From Strigamia acuminata (lineage: Eukaryota): 64,000 nucleotides of DNA. Of this stretch, positions 33,901-45,900 are shown piece after piece. Each line of letters begins with the position of its first letter. Positions within the stretch are counted from its first letter, which is position 1. The translations under genes and the position numbers were made by a program. The stretch covers positions 19,468,001 through 19,532,000 of the forward strand of contig OX442314.1 in the NCBI GenBank assembly GCA_949358305.1. The letters are read 5' to 3'. The notes beneath the pieces were generated by a model that saw only the letters and a list, made by a program, of their open reading frames with translations, made no database searches and was not told the origin of the DNA.

Positions 33901-36900
33901 ATTACACAATAAATTATCATATCGTATGCCGGTATCAAGGAAAATTGATTAATTGATTTATTACCAAATAGATTCAAGATTTGTACACGCGAATTTAAAA
34001 ATAATCCTGCTCTTGCTCTTGCAGGAAGTGACGTCCATTTTGAGTTGAGTTCCTCCTCTCATCTGGTCAGTGCAACTTCCTCGAGCATGTCCAGAAAAGC
34101 TGGAGGTTTGATGTGTCCACGCTCGAGTTTGAAGCGTTCGAACGGGATGGAATGAACTTTAGAGTTCTCAATAGTTGTCTTATCCAAGCTGACATTGATA
34201 AAAGAAGGTTTGAAAAAAGTGTCCTAATCAACTAGCAGAAGTATTAAAATATCAATTTTTTTCTCCCCATTTTTCCAGTAAACAGTAGCAATGTGCAAGT
34301 GTGCGGCCTGTCTATTGGGGATAAAATACCGTTGACAGATGGCTCGACCTATGGTCCTACCGGACTCGAGGGCAACCTTTGGTCTTGGGGTCACCACTGA
34401 CCATCGGTCGACCACGTGCCCTCAACTGGGGGGACGCTCATGGTCACTGACGGTGGCCCCAGTGGACACTGGAGGGGGAAAGAAAAGCTTATTGTGGGGG
34501 GTCACTAAACGATGCCCCGCCCCCGCTAGGTGCTTTGAGTGGCCACGCGCCAAAACAAGACAACAAAGTGCGTCTTGCCTTTTGCTGTTTGGTTGTTGGC
34601 CTCAGAAAAACGGAGAAAACAGGGTAGTGAGGGGAGGTGAAAGGGAAGGGGAGAGAATATTTGACCCCCTCCCCTTTCCCCTTTTTGCAGGTGACCATCC
34701 CCCCTGCCTCATGGCTACCTGTTGGTCCTGTTTTGCTAAAAACCCGTTTGGCTTAAAAAACGTAAACGACCCCCAAACAGAGCAAGGTTGTGAAAAGAGA
34801 CAACCGCGTCAACTTTCTGTTTTTAAAGTAGGGTAAGGTTAGGGAAAAAAGAAGAAAAAAAATGGAAAAAAGGGAAAAAACTGCGAGATGGAATAAATTT
34901 GTTATACGCCGAGGCATTACATAATTCCGTTCGCAGTTTGGTTTTGCGCAGTTGCAAGTAAATCAGTCAAAATAATGTCTAATGAGAGAAATGTGAGAGC
35001 TTCGTGCTTATCCTTGAACTATGCCTTAAGAAAGCGATAGTCTGAAATATTAAGTTTTTAAAAATATCTTTATGATTTCTCATATCGATTTTAATGAAAT
35101 GGACAATAATTAGGTTATATCATAAATAGAATTACTCTAAAGTGAAAGTTTCTCTTTTTTTAAAGATATACCTCTTGGTGTGTCTTTTTGTTTTGTTTGT
35201 TATTAAAAAATTGCGTAACACTTTTGATTTCTTCAAATCTTTATTGCTTTTTGAATAACAAAACAAATGTAGCAAATGTAGCAAAACAAATTTTTAATTT
35301 CAGTACAAGGGAGAATTGTAGTAAAAAAAATAAAAATTTATACAGAAATCCAGAAATATAAAATTGAATTACACTGAATTAAAGATTACGTACTATACAT
35401 ATAAAAGGTTTAAGGTTCACAGATTTATTTGGTAAGAGAAGTAAAAGAAAAAATTCTCGGCCTACATAAGTTATAATTTCAATGAAAGTGATTTTAAAAT
35501 TAAATGTGTAAAAATTCTAATCACAAAACAAATGAATATTTTTGTAATATATATTAAAATCTTGGCCTTTATGTGGCACTTAAAAAAATTCTACATGCAC
35601 CGTAATACGACAATGTCATCGGGACATCAATACGTAATAATCTACAGCCCTATAAAACTCCATCCAGTCCGTTTAACAAGACCCTATTGCCTTCTTATGA
35701 AAAAAAAAATCACTACTAAGCTACCGGGTACTATCTTTTTTCCACCCACCTGTTAGCGTCCAGTTGAATGGCTCAAGGGAGGGGCTCTGAACCGAGGTAA
35801 AAGGCGCACTTTTTCTCCCATCATTGATCATGCAAACGCCGATTGTCCACGGTGCGCGGTGACGGGCAGTCGAGACCCTCAGACCCTTCTGCCCCCACCC
35901 CGCCCTGTCTGCGTCGGTGGCCGCTGTCTCTACATAAAAAATAGAGTCTACAAAGATGGCACCCCACCCCTAACCATTTGACCTGTCCACATCTGAAACG
36001 ATCCAAGTATTACAAAAGAATACGTGTTTTGAAAGCGGTCCAACGTAACAGTGAACTTTTTTCTTATGTAAATCACCAATAAACGTTTTCTATTTTCCTC
36101 TTTTCAGCCTCGAATTCACACAGCATCCATTTCTAACTCGCAAAACCGTCATTTTTTTTAATTGCGCAAGACATCACTCAAAAACAAGAGGCTAATTTAT
36201 CGTTGGAATTTGCAGTTCTTATCTAATATTAAGAAAAAAAACTACTTGTCATAAAAAAAGGGGGGCGGCCATTTTGTTTCATCTTACGCGATGGTAGGGA
36301 GGACAACCTTTTGGCCTGTGTCCGTAGTCGCCCAACCCCTGGCCCTCAGTCCCCTTTCTTAGATTGTGAGTCGCCATTCGCGTTGAGGCCATTGTGTCGG
36401 GGTTACGAGACCACTGTGACCTCCTCCTCCTTCTTGTCTGGCCGTGGCTTGGATGAACGAGACGCCGTCTGGAGGCCCTTGATACCCTGACCCAGCTTCT
36501 CACCCCTTGAACACGAGTGATGTGCGGTGAAGTTAACTCGTTTTTAATCCACTATCAGGTGCAAGTGGCAGGTGTCACAAATTCTGATGAGCTTCGCATA
36601 TTAAAGGGTTATTAACCTTTTGTGAAACACATTTTGCCTCCAATTTTTTTTATTTATTTTTATGGCATTACCTCATCTTTCCTTGAACTTTTTCAGTGAT
36701 ATAAATATAACTTAAACGAGAAAAATGGCCGAGCTGTGCTTCTTTCCGTCATAATTTGTTTTTATTGCAAGAATATCAATTGGAAACGCTATTAAATTTA
36801 ATCTATTTACTTAAAGTGTTATGTTCGTAAAAGTATTTTATTTCACCATATGAGAACCCATAAAAATTCATAATAGTAAACAAAAAGTTTTATCAGAATT

Positions 36901-39900
36901 TTCAAACCGAGAAATATTAGTTAGAAGTGTGTCCTTGAGACAAAACGGCATCAAACTTAAACAACCCTCAGGGGCAACGGCTTTTGAAAGATGCCGACAT
37001 GAGAACTTTAATGCCCAGAAGGAATAAATATCCTCGCCATTTACCCTTGTATCCCATGTGGCCTCAAGCGAAAGGAAGTGAACTAGCAGGTGGTCAATTT
37101 TGGCACTGCACACACGTGTTTTATTTTGCAAATCAAAATAACTTGTCAGTGGTCAATGCTCGCATAACTTTGTGCTAATTCATCAACTAATCGTCACCCG
37201 CATATTAAATCGATTGAGAAAACGCAATGTCCGCACTAGTATGTTATTACCTCTTATTGTTTCCTGTTCCTAGAAAACAAATCAATGATCAATCAATCAT
37301 AATGTTTTTTTTCTTCTGTCACAAATCCTGATTCACAGCAGTGTCACTAAAGCATGTTCTTATATGGAAACAAAAATGACAACAAATTTGCAATATAAAA
37401 TACCAATGTATCATCAAGTGTCCTTCGGGTAAAACTCAGCAGGAGATATCAATAAATCATTGCACAGTTTTTTAGATGAAACAAAAAAATAGTCTTTGTC
37501 TCCCATTTTTTTTTACTTTTTAGTTTACTATTAATTATCTCGTGATTTCAGAATAGATGTTGCACGTGAAACAACACTTTAAGTGTAACCTCCTATTATT
37601 ATTTCTTGATGAAATTGTTAATCAACAGCTGCTCGTGGAAAAACAGTAAGAGTAAATGCATATTTATGTACACAAATGTAGTTGTAACCCTCTTCCGTCC
37701 TTGGACGTCGACCTTGAAACTTTTTACCAAGTAAACTCGCGCACGGACAAGTTACGTATTCTTCGCACGCGCTGCGAACCATAAGTAGTAGTAAACACCA
37801 AAGGAATGTTACCCCAAACATTGCAGGAGGGCAATAATCAGGTAAAACCCCTCTTCGGACATTGTTTTGTCTAGACTTGATTTAAAATCGTGAAATAAAT
37901 GTGCCATTCCACCTCATTTTACAATGTTATTCGGTCTTTTGTGAAACGAACTGAAGCGAGGTCTTTTAATGAGATTTTAATGTAAAAACAAATAGGAAAA
38001 AATAAATTCGAGTTATGCTAAACAGATAATACCGTAGTGCACGAAGTAAATTAATTGGAAAGAAAAACCCTTGAACCGTCGACCGCAATAGGCCAATAGC
38101 TATCTCTTTGCTGCAGGATCGAAAGAAGCTGATGTCACCCTAAATATCCTTCTTTTGTAGATCAGGGGAAATCAGAACAGGTTTTTCTTTTCTTTTTTTT
38201 TTCTTCTTCTTTTCTTTTTTTTTCTCTTTTTTCAAACATTTTTTATATACTTTTTTTGGATTTTTAAGCGCTTTCCACCAAACTGCTCATGAATATTATA
38301 ATTTTACAATAAAAACCGCGTTTTAAACATTAACGGTTGTTAACTGATCATGTGCGCATAAACTTAAGATCATAAAGTGAATGTTCTTTAGAAGCAATAC
38401 AAAACAAGAAAGAAAAAAAAAGAACCCTTTAAAATTTTGCTGAAAGGCCATGTGGTAAAGGATTTAAAATCTCAAAATCAGGTTGGAATGTAAATACAAG
38501 GCGTGAGAAAGTGTGAAAAAAACTTTTCATTATAAGGAAAATAACAATTTGTATTACGCAATAAACTTCCCTGCAATGCCTACTTGCACTTGTGCACGTG
38601 TATAATGATAAAATTTTCATAAAATCTCCCAGATTTATTCGAAGTCGTTGAGCAAATTGTAAATGATTATCCCGATGAAAAGTAAAACTCCAAGACCCAT
38701 CATGACAGGTTGCGGCGGGGGCGTCATCATAAGGGTGGGCCAACGACGGGCGCCGGTCTGACTGCACGAGATGGCGTGGCCAGCGCCAAAACCCTGAGTC
38801 GCGTCAATTATTCAAGGCATGTTCAATTATTCAGTGCTAGAGTCGATTTGCACGCAAACCATACTTTTTTTTCCTATTATATATTTTGACGGTCCGCCCG
38901 TCCGTTTAAATCCAGGTGGGGCATTTACAACGTGGTAAAACGGGCAAGTGTAGACAAAACAATGGTAATCTTCACTATTTTTGACACTATATTTTTATTT
39001 TTATTTTTTTATACTAAAAATTTATTTATTTTGGAATTTTTTTATCTTTATCGGGCGAAAGAGATCGGCTTTAAAAGGCCTTGAATGATGGTTTAAAAAT
39101 GAGAAGAAAAAAAATCTATTTCCAGTGTTTGTTCGCACTTATATTAAATCCAATGCCATCATGTGTTAAGATTCCTTTACTGATAATATCTGTTACCGGT
39201 ACTTTATTATTCCAAGTGGAGGGTTTTCTCATGCACGCAATCATGAATGATTAAACTTGCATTGTCTGCCATTCCAGACAAGATTATTTGCGCTCCACTA
39301 CATGACACTCGATTGCGTCACAAATTTGCAAGAATATCACTCTACTGTCAGTGACATCATGCGGCCAGTCACCGAAACCAATCTCAGACATTCATCGATC
39401 AATATAAAAAAATAGTAACATTAAGATAGGCAAACAAAAAATGATGCAGTATTTTTTTGTTTTCGAGAATATAATTTTCCTAAGTGTGCTGGGTTAAAAT
39501 TCCTCTAATTAAATCAAATAAATTAAACATTTTTTTATGTTATGTGTATAAATATTCTTTTACATACAGTAATAGAAATTATAAGAAATGATGGATAACT
39601 CTCTCTCGTTGCAAAACCCTTTTAGAATTATTAATTTTAATATGCGCATATATACATTTATTGCATTTTCAGCAAATAAATTTCTCGAATAAAAATGTTT
39701 ACAACTATATTGGTGTATTGCAGCTGTACTGTGTCAGAATTTGTCAAGTGGACTTAATGCTACCAAACGCAAGAAAGTTAATAAAGTGCGTGCAGGGAAC
39801 TGATAGTGATATAAGCTTGCCTTCTCACCCTTAAGTTACATGCCTATTACTTGATTGTGCCAATACATGATAAAATTTCATTGAAATCAGGTCAACTCCA

Positions 39901-42900
39901 GAAGGTCATTCAATCACATGCAAAATATTACAGGATTTGCCCACGGCTGTTATGATTAAAATAACTTTGCACGTAAAAAAAAAACCTGTTATCATATCGG
40001 CCTGTTGGTCTAAGATACGGGCCTAGGACTACCGCTTTTTTTTTCTTTCTTTTTTCTTCTTTCCTTTTCATTCACATTTTTCTTGCAGTTATAAACCTAT
40101 TACGTATACCGTAAAAATAAAAGTTTCACTTTATTTCATCATAATAGAAATATTTGTGTGTTTTGGTTAATAGAAGTTGTAGTGAGTCTATTTGTAAAAG
40201 TTCAAAGTTGAGATGTGCATCATTATTGATATGTACTTGTGTTGATTAGAAAGGGATGAAGAACAATGTGAAACTGGCCCAAATGTTAAATCCCTCATCC
40301 ATCCCGTTATAGTAAATCCTCAACCCACATTGTCACCTTTACCCTTCTTTATAAAGAGTTTTTCCCATCGAGCGAAAGAGAGGGCAATGGAGTGGTTGCT
40401 GTGTAACTCTCAGCTCCAATCCAGATTTTTTTCGGTCCCTTCTCACCCCTCAATACCACTTACGTCCATTCTTTAGCCTCAGAATGGAAATCAAATAACT
40501 CAGTGCAAGGCCTTTTAAAAAATGCTTATTCATTTTTTTTGTAAGCAACTTTTTGTAAGATGCAAATAGTTTTCCCTCACTATTTTTCCTTCAGAAATCA
40601 GTTGAAAGGATTTTTGCTCTTGTTTGGGAGACCCAAACCACCACCAGCAGTGATGCATGTCAAAGGGGTATAAACACCTGATCAATGGAAATCATCAAAA
40701 AGAATACATTCTCCAATAATACATGGTAATTACAGGGCAACTATCTTTTTGCTACCATGTCATTGCTACTAATGCCAAAACACATAAAAACTTTTTCCTA
40801 CTTTTTCAGAAATAAAAAAAAATTATATAGCGTCAGTTAATACTTTTAAAATTATTACTTTTATATAGACCTCTTTAAACATTAAAACTTGTCATTATGT
40901 ATGTACAGTGGAACCATAAAAATAAGTTTAAACGATGTACACACACACAAATACACAGCTAATGACAAACCTTTGCCAGCTTTTTACTTTTAACTATAAA
41001 TATCTCTATTACTTTTTTTTATTGAGTAAATAATCATTTTTTAAATTTTTTGATATATTTCTCAAGTGTGGTTATTATTATTTTTTTTAAAGTGCCTACT
41101 AAATATACGGTAATAACAACCGAAATGATGGACGGAATGTGGTCTTGATTATCACGACATCTATACAATTTCAAATTGCCATTTCTAATGATGATGTATA
41201 TAATTGTATACATATATATCACTTTTTCACATTTCCTTCATTTTTCGAATTTTTTAATTGTAAAATCTTAGAAATTTAATAAAAAATGGCATATAAAAAG
41301 CCTGTTTAGAAAAGGTTTTCAAAAAGAAATTCAAACCATTTCCTCTAAATCTTCTTATCCAGTATTGTCAACGTAACCCAAGACAAGATGGTCGGTTTTT
41401 TTCAGCGCTTTGAATAAGAAAACGACCCCCTCCACAGCCCAAGTCGACAAAGAAAAGTCAGCGGACATTTGACAAATTAAACAGTAGTCCTGCTCCGCAA
41501 CTACTCCACACAGAAAAGCAGATTGCAATTCTTCATTCGACTGTCAGCAAGAAAAGGTAACTTATGCGACCAAATATTTCATTCCCATTCAATCGCAAAG
41601 GGTTTCGAAGAGCAATGACCTATCGGTCAGTTACCTAAGTCACCTAACAAAAATCGTATAAAACTGTCCCCCATTACAGTGTCACAAGGGGCCTCCTTTT
41701 CAGAGGCATGACTGTGTGAAGGAGCAACTTGGAACCGGAAGTGGTGACACTTAGAACAGAATTGCCAACACTTTAGAAAATAGAAGTAATTCCAGTAGTT
41801 TTTAAATACATTTGCGTCTCTGCTCCAAGAAAACTATATACGTACATAACTTACGTTGCAGTGAAAACGTAAAACGTTTAACAAGTATAAAAGTGGACAA
41901 TTACGCTCATTAAATAATTAAAAAATACATTTTTATACGTTGGATCTGTTAATCCATTGTGGGAAAAGTTGGGCAAAAGTGATGGTTCAGGGAGATTTTC
42001 TTAAAAGATAAAATAAGAAAAAAAATTGCGATAATTACAAAAATCTTGACTGAGTTATGTTGTGTAATGCATCACACGAAGCAACCACGATTTTGGATCA
42101 AGTTTCAGCGTAATTAAAAGTTTTATCTGAAAAAATCAGTAGACAAATTGTATTCCGTAACCCTTATCTATTTTAAAATATTAAGCCATAAATTAATGTT
42201 AAACTGAACGAATCGAATTTTCGTTTAAATATACTTTCTTGAGTTCTATTTTTACAATCTTTCGCTTAAAAACTTGCAGGCACAGCCAAAGATCCGATTT
42301 CATAGCTCCCCGTATCCATGGCAACTGCCTGCTAGCCAATTAGAGGGTTAGAGGGGTACAAAAGTTGAACCAAGGGGGAGCAAAAGCCGGCAAAACAGCA
42401 CAAGGGCGAGGTCCGAAGGAAACAGTTTGGGAATACCCTTCTTCTTTTCTTTTTACTTCAAGGCCAAGGCCGGTTAAAGGCCTTGAACGAGTAGACAATT
42501 GTAGCATCGTGTCTATCGTCATGTACAAATTAAAGTTAATTCCAAACGTATTTTAAACTAATATTAAAAAAAAAAAAAATACACGTGATTCTCAACCAAA
42601 ATTTATATAACTATCTATGGCTGAAGTTTGTAATATTAAATTACTTCTGGGCGTATTGATTCCAATATATTTTATCAGAAATTTTTAAATTACTATTCAT
42701 AGTAATGTGAAAGTTATGTATAGTTAAAATGGATAAATTTGGATAAAAATGCAGATTTTGTTCCATTCAGTGATTTGTATGTAAAAAAAAAAAAAGAATT
42801 AATATGTTGAAATACAATAATTTTTCCATCAAAATAAATGCAAGTCATTATTGATCGCATATGAAATAGAAAGAGAACTTTAAAAATGTCCAGACCGATT

Positions 42901-45900
42901 GCCAGACCTGCTGAATACAAATGCAGTTGTGATTTTTTAAACCTCTAGGGATTGTTGCAATCAGCGAGTCTGCTCGTCGCCTCGACCAAAACAATCTTTT
43001 ATCGGGCGGCTCTTGCGTCTATCATTCAATCTGATCTAATTTAGCAACTCAGAACGTGATGAGAATGAATCTCAAGAATTTCCAATTCTAAGACTGGCAA
43101 AAATCGAACGAGTTTGATTCACTTCTCAAGTGCAACATTATTATTTTTCAAAACGTATCGCTGTGATGGTTCAACAACGAGCGAAAAGCAGAATACAACT
43201 TTTGCAATTCTCACAAATCTTCTCAAAGTTATAATAAAATTTTAAGCGATATTCTAATTACGACGTACATACAATTGCGTCTGAATCAGTGGAAACCAAA
43301 CTCGATGAATCGCAACAGTCTGATGACTCAGTCTATCGACTTAAAAATATGAAACTGTGATTAAATTTCAATTTGTATTTTTTTTTGTGAAATGTTTTGA
43401 CTATTTCTTTAAAAAAAAAAACGGAAAGTCAAATACGCAGATACGTGTTAAATGATATTTAACTATACTTAATTTAGACTATACTAAATTATCAAATATT
43501 AAAATATATAATACAAATGCTCAAATATGAACATCCTGTAGAAAATTACCAATTAGTCAAAAATTGTAATTTGGCATAAAAATACAAAGATCAAAACGTG
43601 ACAAAAAAAATGTTTAACATCATGAAGCGGCTCCAAATGCATCTTAATTTAAATTGAAAATTAAAAATGAATAATTGAAGCAGTGTCAACCAATAACTTC
43701 CTACTTTGTCAGGAACAATCTTCAAATGTGAAAGTTGAATCACACCTATTAGTTGTAAAAATAAAAATCGTAATCCCTCCTAGCAGAGTAAAATAAAAAA
43801 TAAAAAATAAAGAGGCCAAAAAAATATATGAAAATTTACACACAAAGTGGCGCCATCTACTGGAAAGTTTTTGAGTAAATTTAAAATTTAAAAAAAAAGA
43901 AAAAAAAAGAAAAAAAAAATCAAACCTATCTAAACGGATGTATGAAATTGTAGGTTTAAAATTTAAATTTGAAATAACTTGACCAAAAAGGCAAACATTA
44001 TTATCAACAACGAATCAAAGATGTATTTTGTTTACCATATAACAAATTGCATCCACCTGTTTCTAAATTTTTCTTTGTGGTTTGTTTATAATTCAAAAGT
44101 CACTCAGAGTGTTGTTCGTAACAAGGGACGTTTTGTTTCACAGCCTGTCTCATGACAAGTTGAATGAGCGTTTAATTATCTCGAGACTTGATAAAAAGAG
44201 GTCGAAGTAATAAAGATGGCAAGCTCAAAATGAACTGGCATTAAAAGAACCCGCTATTCTTTTTTTTTTTATTATTTAAAAATTAAAAAAAAAATAAATA
44301 AATAAAGTTGCAACTATTTTGTCATTTTTGAACTCTTCTTTTCCCTGACACACATAAATGCAAAACCAAAAAATTTCATCAAGCAAAAAATCCCTGTGCT
44401 TCCTTTGTTCTCTAATAATGGTGTTGGGGGTCACATTGATGCTACGTTGAACCCTCATTCTATTATACGGAATACAGAATCTTACTAATTAAATTTGAAA
44501 AGTTCTCCTCTCTTATTTGTTAACCCCACATCCCTGTGTACACACGCAAACATACGTGAATCTACTCTTTACTTTCGATTCCCCTTGCAGGTGCTAGTGC
44601 CTTTGCGACCCACAGCACAGCCCTAGCAAGTTTGACCTGTTCTGGAAGGAAAGGGGCGAGGAGTCCATCAAATCCCATAAAAAAAAAGTAGGTCGAAGAA
44701 TGAAAGGATGTAGGTACATTTTTTTAAAAAAATTTTTCTTCATTTCCCTTCTCGCATTTTTTATCTCCCTCTTTTTAAGTCAAAGAGAAAGTGCCATACA
44801 AGCAAAAAAAAAAAAAACTTAAAAACTAATAATGTGTTAAAGAGTTATGTTACAACCCCATATTTGAATACATATAGAAAATTTAATAATAATAAAAATT
44901 AAAAAAAAAATATATTAATCTGTGTTTTGAATGTCAAATAAAAAAGTTAATAAATAGGCATCAAATGCTTCGAAGATGTTGTTTGAAAAATTCTTTGTTT
45001 GTCTATTATAATCTTCTTTATAAAAAAAGACAAAAGAAAAAATGAAATAAAAATATTTATTTTTAATGAGGTCAGTGATAAGTTAACAATCTGTAAGGGT
45101 AAAAGGGGTAAAAAGAGAAAGGCCTTGCAAGAAGATCTGAAAGCTCCCACGAGAAGGGGAAAGGGCTCATTTCGTCATAGCATCGCGGACACCATCGCCA
45201 CCTGACATACCTTACCATACCTTCAAGAGATTGAGTAAAAAAAAAAAATCATATATTTCCCAGGATTGGGGTTGGGTTCAATGAGTTAAGATCCGGGCCC
45301 GTCTCAAAGCTGCAGTCCTTTTGCAAGGCCGATCCCTGTTTTGTTGGCTATTGTACAGGCCGGTCCGGTGAAAGGGTTGGTTGGCAGGAACTGCAATCCA
45401 TACGCAACTTCACAATTATCCCTCCCCCCATTCCTCCCATTCAACATTTACAACTAGGGAATATGTGAAAGAGAAGAATAAGGTGCAGAAAGATTCAGTA
45501 GAGTTAACTGAGTCAAAAGAAGTGGAGCATTCAATGTCTGCTGATTGCTTAATTACTTTTGGCTCAAAAAACCAATAATAAATCTTATTTTTTTTTTAAA
45601 TAAGAAATATTAAAAATTGAAAAAAGAGAGATTTTTTTATTTTTGATTTTACTTCATTGATATGAATTTAAGGAAGAATGTAGAAGAAACTATCGTCATT
45701 CTAGAATCTAGATACTGAGTGAAACAAAAATTGTTGTCAATTAAGTGAATAAAATCATCTTTCACTTTTAGTTTCAATTTTCGACTCAAGTAGGTCAAAT
45801 ATTTGATTAACTAAAAAATTAATTGAAAATTCCTCGTGGTTTTTATTGAATTTAAAATAAAATTCAAGAGGCAATAATAAATAATAAAAATCTTTTGTGT

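Noticed and set aside
36560..36640. CTGATGA...GAAAC arrangement suggesting a hammerhead ribozyme
   Set aside because: Only 7 unpairable nt lie where stem I should be, and stem II does not close properly.
38483..38500. TGGAATGTAAA, the 5' half of miR-1
   Set aside because: The 3' half does not match and no complementary arm was seen; more likely chance.
41688..41708. GGCCTCCTTTTCAGAGGC, similar to the histone mRNA stem-loop
   Set aside because: It does not match the 6-bp stem/4-nt loop consensus and there is no histone ORF upstream.
31785..45578. Numerous 60-165 aa ORFs in the region downstream of Activin-beta
   Set aside because: Low-complexity or compositionally biased, often with non-ATG starts, and with no recognisable motifs or consistent splice phases.
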